NCBI GenBank assembly: GCA_963665815.1
Contig: OY762463.1
Span: forward strand, 3,648,001 to 3,712,000
Reading direction: 5' to 3'
Length of the DNA: 64,000 nt
Origin: Candidatus Cloacimonadales bacterium
GTDB lineage: Bacteria; Cloacimonadota; Cloacimonadia; Cloacimonadales; JAIOQZ01
Shown in pieces: positions 52,208 through 62,261 of the stretch. A program made the position numbers and the translations under genes. The stretch's first letter is position 1. Every line of letters starts with the position of its first letter. The notes below the pieces were generated by a model. The model was not told the DNA's origin. It made no database searches and saw only the letters and a program-made list of their open reading frames with translations.

Positions 52208-53273
52208 ATCAATTGTCAGGTTGGTTTACTGGCTTTTCATGCTGTCACTGGTTGTATTGGGAGTACTTTTTTTTAAGAATGTTTTTCCGCTTTTGTTTGC
52301 AGCGATGATTGTATCATACCTGCTTAATCCAATAATATCAATTCTGGAACAGAGAGGGATTCCAAGAAGTGTTTCCATCCTTCTGGTATATCTGATTATT
52401 CTCGGTATTCTGGTAATTGCATCTATTACATTTGTTCCGGTTGTCTATGATCAGGTTGTTCAGCTTTCAAACACTGTTTCGGACGCATTCAGTGAAACAA
52501 ATGATGTGAATTTCATTTCAAAGCTGCCATTCTATGATAAAATTTCCGGACTTGTGCAGAAAGTAGAAAGCAAATTCCCATTTATAAATTTTGATGATGC
52601 AAAAAATGATGTGTTAAGCTTTATTACAAAATCAGTATCTGACCTGCCTAAGAAGGTTATTGGATTGTTAAGCAACTTTTTCAGTGTGCTCACATTTATT
52701 ATAACGATTCCTTTAATAAGTTTCTTTCTATTGAAAGATTTTGAGTCGATGAAAAAATATTTCATGCGGCTTGTACCAAACAGATATTTTGAGTTAACAA
52801 TAATTATTATAGAAAAAACAGATGAAATAATTGGTACGTATCTGAGAGCTTTGATGATAGAAATATTTATTGTAAGTATATTGTCTTCTATTGCCTTGCA
52901 GTGTATTGGGGTTCCTTATGCTCTGCTGATAGGTATTCTCGCCGGGTTTGCCAATGCAATTCCTTATTTAGGTCCTGTAATTGGAATGGGTCTTGCAATA
53001 ATATCTGTGTTGTTAACAGGAAACTCATTCAGTATGGCAGTTTATTCAGTCATTGCTATGATTTTAGTGCAGTTTCTGGATAACTCTTTTATATATCCGA
53101 TTGTTATCGGTAAGAATACAGAAATGCATCCGCTCGTTATTATGTTGACAGTTATTGCGGGAGGTTATGTTTTTGGTATTCTTGGTATGCTGATATCAGT
53201 ACCACTTGTATTTCTCGTGAGAGGAATTACTCAAGTATTATATAAAAATCTGAAAGGTTTTGGAATAATTTAA
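52194..53273 (+). CDS. AI-2E family transporter
   Basis: SYLLNP, IPYLGP, QFLDN...P, MHPL...GILGMLISVP. Confidence 0.9.
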   Translation: MIRSKSIVRLVYWLFMLSLVVLGVLFFKNVFPLLFAAMIVSYLLNPIISILEQRGIPRSVSILLVYLIILGILVIASITFVPVVYDQVVQLSNTVSDAFSETNDVNFISKLPFYDKISGLVQKVESKFPFINFDDAKNDVLSFITKSVSDLPKKVIGLLSNFFSVLTFIITIPLISFFLLKDFESMKKYFMRLVPNRYFELTIIIIEKTDEIIGTYLRALMIEIFIVSILSSIALQCIGVPYALLIGILAGFANAIPYLGPVIGMGLAIISVLLTGNSFSMAVYSVIAMILVQFLDNSFIYPIVIGKNTEMHPLVIMLTVIAGGYVFGILGMLISVPLVFLVRGITQVLYKNLKGFGII

Positions 53274-53330
53274 TGTACATGAGAGAAATAAAAAAAATTG
53301 AGATAAATATACATTTCATTGGAGGATGTA

Positions 53331-54476
53331 ATGAAAAGAAAATTTAAACTGATAACTATCGCGGTCTTTCTTATATCAGTTTTTGCACTTATTTCCTGTG
53401 CGGATGCAAACGATCCGGTTGGCTCAAGCTCAAACGGAATACTTCGAATAGAAGGCAATGTACCAATATCCGGTTCACCTGATGATATGGACGTTTCCGA
53501 ACATTATGTAGTTGCTGCCTGTGGTACTGGCGGACTGATTATGGTTAACAAAGCTCCTTTTGGTTTAGCAGATTCGTATGATTACTTTGAAGCTGTTGAA
53601 TTAAATGAAACTGAAGAGTCATTAAAAGATGTAGCTCTTATAACAATTATTGAAGAACATAACAGGGTTATTACACTGCAGAAGAAAGCTACAGATGCAT
53701 TTGGCTCTTATGATATTTCCAATGGAACTCTCGAACGTAATGCGATTACAACGGGTAATACTCAGGGAATCTATGGACTATATAGTTATCCTAACAGTCC
53801 CGATTTTCCGATTTATGGTAATTCTGTGGATTTACCTAATGCAACAATGACTGAAAGACCTATTGTGGTTGTAAAGAGACACAGTGCCGGTTATAGTAGA
53901 GCATTCAATGAACCTAATCAAAGTGGAGATTCTTTTAACAGCTCCAGCAATGACTATACAGTTTTGTTCCCTTTAAAAGACTTCTCTTTCAATGAAGGTT
54001 TTTACTTTGGTGCTAATGGTTATGCGGGAGTCTCCTGCTGGAACATGTGGGGATTTTTTCAAGATTTAGATAATAATATTGCTTATAACTTTATTTCTTA
54101 TGCCGATACTCCGGGAGAAGCTGATCAGGTAGCCTTTGCAAATAATAAGCTTTATGTAGCAGACGTACACATGGGACTTCAGGTTCTTGATGTTGAGTTC
54201 ACTGATGAAGCACCAGTAATGACTCTTAGAGAAGATCTTGCTTACAAAACAAGTTCATTTGCAAGATGCGTTGATGCCAATGTTCATCACCTTGTAGTTG
54301 GTTCACGTGGTGGAGGTATTTACTACTTCTCGCTTGATGGAAGTGGAAATCCTACATTTAAAGAGCAGCTTCCTAAAAAGGATATAGGATATGTTGTTGA
54401 AGTACGACTTGATGGTGACGATTTATACGTTCTCAGTCGTGAATTAGGTGTAGTTAAAATAAATATTAATAATTAA
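53331..54476 (+). CDS. Lipoprotein with LVIVD-like repeats (beta-propeller suspected)
   Basis: Lipobox LISC; YADTPGEA, LYVADVHMGLQVLDV. Confidence 0.7.
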   Translation: MKRKFKLITIAVFLISVFALISCADANDPVGSSSNGILRIEGNVPISGSPDDMDVSEHYVVAACGTGGLIMVNKAPFGLADSYDYFEAVELNETEESLKDVALITIIEEHNRVITLQKKATDAFGSYDISNGTLERNAITTGNTQGIYGLYSYPNSPDFPIYGNSVDLPNATMTERPIVVVKRHSAGYSRAFNEPNQSGDSFNSSSNDYTVLFPLKDFSFNEGFYFGANGYAGVSCWNMWGFFQDLDNNIAYNFISYADTPGEADQVAFANNKLYVADVHMGLQVLDVEFTDEAPVMTLREDLAYKTSSFARCVDANVHHLVVGSRGGGIYYFSLDGSGNPTFKEQLPKKDIGYVVEVRLDGDDLYVLSRELGVVKININN

Positions 54477-54497
54477 TAATTTTGTAATAAAAATTTG

Positions 54498-54523
54498 GCC
54501 CATCGTTCACGGTGGGCTTTTTT
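54498..54523 (+). terminator. Intrinsic terminator
   Basis: GCCCATCG-TTCA-CGGTGGGC followed by a T tract. Confidence 0.8.
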
Positions 54524-54539
54524 GTTATCAGGAGATAAA

Positions 54540-55769
54540 ATGAAAATTGCTGTAGATCTTCACTCGCACTCAGGTCATGCCGGAGGAGTCGGGAATATAC
54601 CATTTGAAAGCATTTGCAGAACAATGCAGATTAAAGGGATTGATATCTTTGGAACTGGTGACTGCATGCACCCTGAACGCTTTAATGAGCTGAAAGATGT
54701 TTTTATAGAAGCCGAACCTGGTTTGTTCAAATTCAAGGATTATGATAAAAGATTTATCTTGCAGACAGAAGTTATACTCACCGTACAGCTTGAAGGATAT
54801 AAAAACAGAACAATTGCACATCATGTTATTCTGTTCCCTGATTTCAATTCTATTCGTGAATTGCAGATACTGATGGATGTCTGGGGAATGAAGAACACTA
54901 TAGGCAGACCTTTCATCAAGTGCGAAGATCAGGCTCAGCTACAGGAAAGACTTTATCAAATTCAGAATATTCATCCGTTAATTGAGGTTATCCCTGCTCA
55001 TGTTATGACTCCTGATGGAATTATGGGATCTAAAAACGGTCTCAATAACATTAGAGAGTTTTATGGCGATTTCACTGATAGCATCAGAGTCATTGAGACA
55101 GGGCTGAGTGCTGATCCTGATATGTTGGGAGGAATCCCTGATTTCGCAGAACTGACAATGATTTCAAACAGTGACTGCCATAGTGCAGCTCTGAACAGAA
55201 TCGGAAGAGAATTCACAATGTTGAACGTCATAGAAAAAAGCTATGAAGGAGTGATAAACGCTTTGCGTGGGGGATATGTTGAGTTCACTGCTGAATTTCA
55301 TCCTTCGGAAGGACGTTACTTCTTAACCGGACACAGAGCATCAAGGCATGATTCCGATGAGTTTGTTTATCTGGAAGATAAAAATGATTCAGGAATAGAG
55401 TGCCCGGTCTGTGGAAAAAAAATGCTTAAAGGAGTGTTACAACGATGCGAGGAATTGACAGATAAATCTATTGCTAAGAGAGACAGGAAATTTTATCATC
55501 TGGTTCCGCTTATTGAAGCTGTTGCTCTGGGATCAGGAGTCAAAACTCTTACTTCTTCTAGAGTGACAAAACCATTTGATATAATTACCACAATTTTCGT
55601 AACTGAGATTGATCTCTGGATGGCTGATGAAGAAAGGATTCAGAGTGAATTAAACGGCAAAGTGAAGTCTGAGATTATCAACACGATTATTCAGATTAAA
55701 AGAGGAAATTTCGAGTTTTCACCACCCGGGCATGATGGTGCTTATGGAAAGCTTACTTTGAAAAAGTAA
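54540..55769 (+). CDS. Endonuclease Q-like PHP-domain protein
   Basis: DLHSHS, GTGD, GRP, PAHVMTP, ETGLSAD, SNSDCHS, IGRE, GRYFLTGHR, CPVCG, PGHDGAYG. Confidence 0.85.
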   Translation: MKIAVDLHSHSGHAGGVGNIPFESICRTMQIKGIDIFGTGDCMHPERFNELKDVFIEAEPGLFKFKDYDKRFILQTEVILTVQLEGYKNRTIAHHVILFPDFNSIRELQILMDVWGMKNTIGRPFIKCEDQAQLQERLYQIQNIHPLIEVIPAHVMTPDGIMGSKNGLNNIREFYGDFTDSIRVIETGLSADPDMLGGIPDFAELTMISNSDCHSAALNRIGREFTMLNVIEKSYEGVINALRGGYVEFTAEFHPSEGRYFLTGHRASRHDSDEFVYLEDKNDSGIECPVCGKKMLKGVLQRCEELTDKSIAKRDRKFYHLVPLIEAVALGSGVKTLTSSRVTKPFDIITTIFVTEIDLWMADEERIQSELNGKVKSEIINTIIQIKRGNFEFSPPGHDGAYGKLTLKK

Positions 55770-55912
55770 ATATTCAGAATCAGTAACAAATAACAACGCC
55801 TATATCGATTATATCTCTATTTGCTGTAATCGGTAAAAATAAAAAGAAAGTTCTTGCCCCTGAGCATAGTGAAAATAATTCTGTAATAATAATCAATTAT
55901 GAGGTAAAATGA

Positions 55913-57682
55913 ATGAAAATAATTGAAAGATTAAAAGCATTACGCACTGAAATGCAAAAGCTTGGAATAGATGCCTGGATAGTTTCCGGGTCAGATCCAC
56001 ACCAGAATGAATACCTTGCTCCAAGATGGGGTATACGTGCCTGGATTACAGGTTTTACCGGATCAGCAGGTATTGTAGTAATAACAATGAAAGAAGCCGG
56101 ACTCTGGACAGATTCAAGGTATTTTATACAGGCTGACGAACAGCTCAAAGATACAGGAGTTACTCTTCACAAAATGGGAATGCCCGGAGTGGAACATCCT
56201 TATAAATGGCTGAGTAACAATCTGAAAGACGGATCTGTTGTTGGTTTCGACGGGGAATCTCTTACATACAGCAGCTTTCAGGAGCTAAAGAAATTTGTCT
56301 CTGACAAGGAGTTCTCCTACAATTATGACAAAGATATTGTTGATGTGATATGGAAGGACAGACCTGCAATACCATCTGAAGAATGTTTTGAGTTAACAGA
56401 TGCTTTGACAGGGGAAACTATTGAATCAAAGATCAACAGAATAAGAGATAAAATGGAGTTAAAAGGTGCTGGTTATCATGTAATTACGACACTGGATGAT
56501 ATAGCCTGGATAACAAACCTGAGAGGGAATGACATCAAGTTCAATCCTGTATTCTTCTCATATATGATCTTTGCACCTGATACAGTACAGTTGTTTGTTA
56601 ATAAAGCAATAATCCCGGAAAATCTTGAAACAAAGCTTGTTCAGGCTGGAATTGAGCTTAAGAAATATACCGAGTTCGATTCTGCACTTGCTGAGATACC
56701 TGAAGATACAAGTATTTTGCTTAATTCTGCAAAAGTTTCAGTAAAACATTATGGTTTTATTAAAGGCAGAATAGTATCCGGCATGAATATCTCAACTGAG
56801 CTTAAGGCACGCAAAAATCAGATCGAGCTTGAAGGAATGAAAAATGCTCACGTCAAAGACGGTGCGGCAGTTGTGAAATTCATGTACTGGTTGTCTCAGA
56901 ACAAAGATAAAGGATTAACCGAGTACGATCTTGGAGTCAGAATTAATGAATTCAGAGCGGAACAGGAAGGATATTTCTCTCCAAGTTTTTCTCCGATTGT
57001 CGGATATAATGCAAACGGTGCTATTGTACACTATTCAGCAAGCAAAGAAGAATGTGCGGTGATTAAACCGGAAGGTTCTGTTCTTATTGATACAGGTGGT
57101 CAGTATTTCGCAGGAACAACAGATATTACACGAACAATTGCTCTTGGTAATGTGTCAGAAAAACTTAAAAGAGACTATACTAACGTACTTAAAGGGCATT
57201 TAAAGCTTTCTGCAGCAGTTTTTCCTGATAATGTACCATCCATTATGCTGGATACATTTGCCCATGAATTTTTATGGGAAACTCAGAACGATTACAGGCA
57301 TGGTACAGGGCATGGCGTTGGACACTTCTTATGTGTTCATGAAGGACCTTGCTCTATTAGTGTTCGATCGGATAAAGTATTTCTGAAACCAGGTAACGTG
57401 CTGTCCAATGAACCCGGATGCTACATTGAAGGAGAATACGGAATACGAATTGAGAATCTGATTGCAGTGAAAGATTTAACTGAAATTGAGGGAAAATCCT
57501 ACTACGGTTTTGATACATTGACAGTTGTTCCATATGATAGAAACTTGATAGTTAAAGAGTTACTTTCTCGGGGACAGGAGCAGCAGATAAATGATTATCA
57601 TGCAGGAGTATATAATACTCTGAAATCATTCATGAATGCAGAAGAACTTGAGTTTCTGAAAGCAATGACAGCAGCATTATAG
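55913..57682 (+). CDS. Xaa-Pro aminopeptidase (M24B)
   Basis: DPHQNEY, GFTGSAG, DTGGQY..GTTDITRT, HGTGHGVG, HEGP, EPG.Y...GIRIEN. Confidence 0.93.
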   Translation: MKIIERLKALRTEMQKLGIDAWIVSGSDPHQNEYLAPRWGIRAWITGFTGSAGIVVITMKEAGLWTDSRYFIQADEQLKDTGVTLHKMGMPGVEHPYKWLSNNLKDGSVVGFDGESLTYSSFQELKKFVSDKEFSYNYDKDIVDVIWKDRPAIPSEECFELTDALTGETIESKINRIRDKMELKGAGYHVITTLDDIAWITNLRGNDIKFNPVFFSYMIFAPDTVQLFVNKAIIPENLETKLVQAGIELKKYTEFDSALAEIPEDTSILLNSAKVSVKHYGFIKGRIVSGMNISTELKARKNQIELEGMKNAHVKDGAAVVKFMYWLSQNKDKGLTEYDLGVRINEFRAEQEGYFSPSFSPIVGYNANGAIVHYSASKEECAVIKPEGSVLIDTGGQYFAGTTDITRTIALGNVSEKLKRDYTNVLKGHLKLSAAVFPDNVPSIMLDTFAHEFLWETQNDYRHGTGHGVGHFLCVHEGPCSISVRSDKVFLKPGNVLSNEPGCYIEGEYGIRIENLIAVKDLTEIEGKSYYGFDTLTVVPYDRNLIVKELLSRGQEQQINDYHAGVYNTLKSFMNAEELEFLKAMTAAL

Positions 57683-57690
57683 GTGATAAG

Positions 57691-58179
57691 ATGAAGATAG
57701 CCGTTTATCCGGGGACATTTGATCCCATCACCAGAGGTCACATTGATATCCTCAAGACCGCATCAAGGATGTTTGATAAAGTGATTCTTGCAGTTGCAGA
57801 AGCTTCTGCTAAAAATACGTTGTTTACAACTGATGAGAGAACAGAGCTGTGCAGGCAAAGCTGTAGCGATATCCAAAACATTGAAGTTATGAAATTTTCG
57901 GGACTTGTTGTGGATTTTGCCGAATCAGTTGAAGCAACAACAATGATAAGAGGATTGAGAGCTGTTTCAGATTTTGAATACGAACTCTCTCTCGCTTTGA
58001 TGAATAAGAATTTGAAAAGTACGATAGATACGGTATTCCTGCTTCCGTCTCACGATTTTCTTTATTTGAGTTCAAGTATTGTGAAACAGGTAATTAAACT
58101 TGGAGCATCAATTGATAAATTTGTAATACCTGAGGTAAGGGATGCTCTCAGAGAAAAATACAACATACAGGAGAAATAA
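57691..58179 (+). CDS. coaD: Pantetheine-phosphate adenylyltransferase
   Basis: YPGTFDPITRGH, RGLRAVSDFEYE, LSSS. Confidence 0.97.
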   Translation: MKIAVYPGTFDPITRGHIDILKTASRMFDKVILAVAEASAKNTLFTTDERTELCRQSCSDIQNIEVMKFSGLVVDFAESVEATTMIRGLRAVSDFEYELSLALMNKNLKSTIDTVFLLPSHDFLYLSSSIVKQVIKLGASIDKFVIPEVRDALREKYNIQEK

Positions 58180-58479
58180 ATGAATAAACAGAAGATTAAT
58201 GTTAAGATAGATGAAGCCGTAGGTGAAGGTGTATACAGTAATTTCTTTATGACAACATATTCACAATCCGAGTTCATTCTTGACTTTGGAAGAATACTTC
58301 CAGGACTGCCCGGTGCTAAAATTTACAGCCGTGTATTGACTACACCGCAGCATGCAAAACAGCTTTTAAAAATACTGGAAAAGAATGTAAAAGCATTCGA
58401 AGATATGCATGGAGAAATCAAGCTGCCGAATCAAAATGATAACAAAGGTATAGGTTTTAAGAGTTTGTCATCAGAGTAG
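58180..58479 (+). CDS. DUF3467-like small protein
   Basis: EGVYSN, SEFILDF, SRVLTTPQHAK. Confidence 0.8.
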   Translation: MNKQKINVKIDEAVGEGVYSNFFMTTYSQSEFILDFGRILPGLPGAKIYSRVLTTPQHAKQLLKILEKNVKAFEDMHGEIKLPNQNDNKGIGFKSLSSE

Positions 58480-58589
58480 AATAAATTCTGAGAGACAAAA
58501 TTCTTGACGTTAAATATTAAATCTTTTTTCTTGAAATTTCCGTAGAAACGGATTTCAATCAATGATATTGAAAAGTCATATAAAGGGAG

Positions 58590-61322
58590 TTGAAACTGAT
58601 GAAAAACAAACGTATGAGAAATCTCATCATTATTTTTGTGTTTGTTCTTATCGCGTACTATCTTGTCCCCTTGTTCATGCAGTGGACTACAGGCGTAGAA
58701 AAGACAACCGAAACACTTAGCAAAACGAAGTTACCTTGGCAATTTTTAACCGGATCTGATGATGATTCAGATGAAGCTAAGTCTTTGAGGTTGTGGACGG
58801 GTAAACAATTGAAACTTGGACTTGACCTTCAGGGTGGGATGCAGCTTGATATGCAAGTTGAATATCAGAATTTACCTGAAAAAGAAAGAGACGATGCAGT
58901 AGAAGCTGCAGTTGAAATTATAAGAAACAGAATTGACCAGTTTGGTGTTGCAGAACCATCTATTCAGAGACATGGTGACGATAGAATTATTGTGCAGCTT
59001 CCTGGTCTTCAAGATAAGTCAAGAGCGAAAAACCTTATAGGTAAAACAGCACTTCTTGAGTTCAAACTTGTTGCAAAACCTGAAGATCTCAAAACTGCTG
59101 CAGACAGAATTGATAAATATCTTGAGCAAAATATTAAAACTGAAGAATACAAATATCTTGAAGATTTCTATTCAGAAACTTCCGATGAAGAAATTGCAGA
59201 AGATATTCTCGGTGATATGGAAGAAACAGCTGTAGACGATACAACTTCTAAAGAAGATGTTGCTGCAAAAGCTGATTCAATTGATGCTGTTAATAATGGT
59301 AAAATATTTACAAGATTAATCTCAAATAGAGGTTATGGAAGTCTTATTGCAAACAAGAATGTAGACAAATTTGAAAGACTTCTTGCTGATCCTAAGATTC
59401 AGTCAAGAATTCCTTCCGGTCTTCAGTTCCTGCTTGGTAAAGTAGATAAGAAAGATCCACTTGCTGACAGAGTAGTTTACCTTGTTTATAAGAATGCAGA
59501 AGTTTCCGGTAGCGACCTTGCAGATGCAAGAGTTAATATCGGTCAGGGTAACAACCCTCAAACTGCTGGAAAAGCATACGTAACACTTGAATTCAATAAA
59601 GAAGGTTCAAAGAAATTTGCAACAGTCACAGGTCAGAATATTCAGGAAAGACTTGCTATCTGCCTTGACGATGTTGTTTATATTGCACCTACAATCCAGA
59701 ATAAAATTCGCGGAGAAGCTTCAATCACAGGTCTTTCAGACCTCGAAGAAGCTCAGGATATCGTTATTGTTCTTAAAGCCGGTAACCTTCCTGCTCCTGT
59801 AAAAGTTATTCAGGAAAGAAGTGTTGGTGCTACACTTGGACAAGACAGTATTAAAGCCGGTTTCATGGCTGCACTTATCGGTCTTGCAATTGTAATCATC
59901 TTCATGATTATCTACTACGGAATGTCAGGTTTCTTTGCAAACCTTGCTGTAGCAATCAACGTTGGATTCATCCTTGCCGCTCTTACAATGCTTGAAGCAG
60001 CTCTGACAATGCCTGGTATTGCGGGTATTATCCTTACTATCGGTATGGCTGTGGATGCTAACGTTCTTATATTCGAAAGAATCAGAGAAGAACTTAAATC
60101 AGGTAAAACAGTAAGATCATCTGTAGACAGCGGTTTCTCCAGAGCGATGATTACTATTCTTGATGCTAACATCACAACACTTATTACAGCTATCGTACTT
60201 TACCAATTCGGTACCGGTCCTATCAAAGGATTTGCAGTTACATTATCAATCGGTATCATCGGTTCAATGTTCTGTTCAATTATCCTTGTGAAAGCTATGT
60301 TCGACTGGTTTGTTACTAATAAAAACAGAAAAACACTCAGTATTGGTAAACTCAGATTCTTCGAATCATCAAAATTCGACTGTGTTGGAAGCAGAAAAGT
60401 TACTTATATCATCTCTGCTGTTGTAATACTTGCAGGACTCGTTTCACTTGCAGTTCACAAAGGACCCAACTACAGTATCGACTTCACAGGTGGTACTTCT
60501 ATGGAACTTGATCTCAGTTCAGATTCCGGCGAGAAAGTTACACTTGAAGAATTAAGATCTGCTCTTGAAAAAGAAGGATTCGATGAACTTGAAATCATGC
60601 CTTACAAAGGTACAGATATATTTGTTGTAAAAAGCAAGAAAAACATTGCGGTAGAATCTGAAAACAGCAAGAAAATTGATGTTTCAGCAATCAAAGGTGA
60701 TAAGATTCTTGCAGCTATAGAAAAACACTTCCCTCAATTCCAGGGAAAAACAAACGAACTTATCAGATCAAAAGATGAAGTTGGACCAAGAATTGGTAAT
60801 GAGCTTAAGGGAAAAGCTATCTGGGCTATTTTCTATGCTCTTCTTGGAATTATCCTTTACATCTGGTGGAGATTCGAGCTTACATTTGGTTGGGCTGCTG
60901 TTTTAGCACTTGTACACGATGTGCTTATTACAGTTGGTATCTTCTCTATCTTCGGAAAAGAAATCAGCCTTTCAATCGTTGCAGCACTGCTTACAATTGT
61001 GGGTTACTCACTTAACGATACAATCGTTGTGTTTGACAGAATCCGTGAAGACCTGAAAATCTACAGAAGAGAATCATATCAGAGTGTGATTAATCATAGT
61101 ATCAATGAAACACTTTCACGTACTATTATTACATCACTCACAACACTTATCGTTGTACTCGCTCTGTATTTCCTCGGTGGATCAGTAATTCATGACTTTG
61201 CATTCGCATTGATGGTTGGTGTTATTGTCGGTACATACTCTTCAATATTCATTGCCAGCCCTGTACTCGTTGATTACTTCCTCAGAAGAGAAAAGAAAAA
61301 AGGCGTTAAAAGAGGTAAATAA
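58590..61322 (+). CDS. secDF: Fused protein translocase subunit SecDF
   Basis: LGLDLQGG, RIDQFGVAEP, GMAVDANVLIFER, IDFTGG, GYSLNDTIVVFDR. Confidence 0.97.
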   Translation: MKLMKNKRMRNLIIIFVFVLIAYYLVPLFMQWTTGVEKTTETLSKTKLPWQFLTGSDDDSDEAKSLRLWTGKQLKLGLDLQGGMQLDMQVEYQNLPEKERDDAVEAAVEIIRNRIDQFGVAEPSIQRHGDDRIIVQLPGLQDKSRAKNLIGKTALLEFKLVAKPEDLKTAADRIDKYLEQNIKTEEYKYLEDFYSETSDEEIAEDILGDMEETAVDDTTSKEDVAAKADSIDAVNNGKIFTRLISNRGYGSLIANKNVDKFERLLADPKIQSRIPSGLQFLLGKVDKKDPLADRVVYLVYKNAEVSGSDLADARVNIGQGNNPQTAGKAYVTLEFNKEGSKKFATVTGQNIQERLAICLDDVVYIAPTIQNKIRGEASITGLSDLEEAQDIVIVLKAGNLPAPVKVIQERSVGATLGQDSIKAGFMAALIGLAIVIIFMIIYYGMSGFFANLAVAINVGFILAALTMLEAALTMPGIAGIILTIGMAVDANVLIFERIREELKSGKTVRSSVDSGFSRAMITILDANITTLITAIVLYQFGTGPIKGFAVTLSIGIIGSMFCSIILVKAMFDWFVTNKNRKTLSIGKLRFFESSKFDCVGSRKVTYIISAVVILAGLVSLAVHKGPNYSIDFTGGTSMELDLSSDSGEKVTLEELRSALEKEGFDELEIMPYKGTDIFVVKSKKNIAVESENSKKIDVSAIKGDKILAAIEKHFPQFQGKTNELIRSKDEVGPRIGNELKGKAIWAIFYALLGIILYIWWRFELTFGWAAVLALVHDVLITVGIFSIFGKEISLSIVAALLTIVGYSLNDTIVVFDRIREDLKIYRRESYQSVINHSINETLSRTIITSLTTLIVVLALYFLGGSVIHDFAFALMVGVIVGTYSSIFIASPVLVDYFLRREKKKGVKRGK

Positions 61323-61343
61323 TATCTCATTGACATAAAACTT

Positions 61344-61372
61344 AAGGCTGCCGTAAAAAGCAGCCTTTTTTT
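61344..61372 (+). terminator. Intrinsic terminator of secDF
   Basis: AAGGCTGC-N8-GCAGCCTT followed by a T tract. Confidence 0.85.
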
Positions 61373-61418
61373 GTATCTGAACATTTTGCTGCTATATTAT
61401 AATATTAAGGAGACTAAT

Positions 61419-61937
61419 ATGATATTTTTAATGTTTTTGACTATAACTATGGTTATACTTGCACTTGGTGCTTGTGAAAATGAAGATTGCACCTGTGATG
61501 ATGATTGTGACTGCGGAGGGGACTGTCATTGCCATGAGGTTGAATATGACCGGGAACTTGCAGAGGATCTTGGAGCCGATCAGTATGGTATGAAGAAATA
61601 TGTTTTCACATTCCTGAGAAAAGGAACAAACAGAAACTTGAGTGAAGAAGAGGCAAGAGAGCTTCAGATTGCGCATCTTAACAACATTAACAGAATGGCA
61701 GAAGAGAGAAAGCTCATTGTGGCTGGTCCGTTCCTGGATGATGGTGATATTCGTGGAATATATATCTTTGATGTGGAAACTATTGAAGAGGCTGAAAAGT
61801 TGACCGGATCAGACCCGGCAATCCAGGCCGGTGTTCTTACTATGGAATTTAAAGAGTGGTACGGATCTGCCGCCTTAATGGTAGTAAACGATCTGCATAA
61901 ACAGCTTGAACAAAAGAATGTTGTAGAGTCGTGTTGA
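61419..61937 (+). CDS. YciI-like lipoprotein with a Cys/Asp/His-rich N-terminal linker
   Basis: AAGGAG RBS; lipobox LGAC; GADQYGMKKY, AHLNNI, AGPF, DPAIQAG, WYGSAAL. Confidence 0.8.
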   Translation: MIFLMFLTITMVILALGACENEDCTCDDDCDCGGDCHCHEVEYDRELAEDLGADQYGMKKYVFTFLRKGTNRNLSEEEARELQIAHLNNINRMAEERKLIVAGPFLDDGDIRGIYIFDVETIEEAEKLTGSDPAIQAGVLTMEFKEWYGSAALMVVNDLHKQLEQKNVVESC

Positions 61938-61963
61938 AGAGCATAGAGTTGAGAATATTACTT

Positions 61964-61993
61964 GGGAATCTGTGTAAACGGGTTCCTTTTTTT
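61964..61993 (+). terminator. Intrinsic terminator
   Basis: GGAATCTG/CGGGTTCC stem followed by a T tract. Confidence 0.65.
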
Positions 61994-62261
61994 ATATGTA
62001 AACCTTTTATTAAATGCAAGTAACATATCTATAAAAAACAGATATTTAAAGAGGTTACAATTTGCTTGACACATATTTTCTGATATGAATCATAGTTACT
62101 ATATTTTATCGGTGTAGAATTACAATATTTTGAATTCTTGCAGATGTATGGTTGTGAATTTTACCTGAATTATAAAGAAAAATCATCGTTAATAAACAAA
62201 ATGATAATGTTGAAATAAGGTTACAGGCTGTTAATCACAAAAATAAGGAGCTGCTTTGCTT

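Noticed and set aside
54495..54539. Longer N-terminus for the EndoQ-like ORF given by the track
   Set aside because: It overlaps a terminator hairpin; ATG 54540 has an AGGAG RBS.
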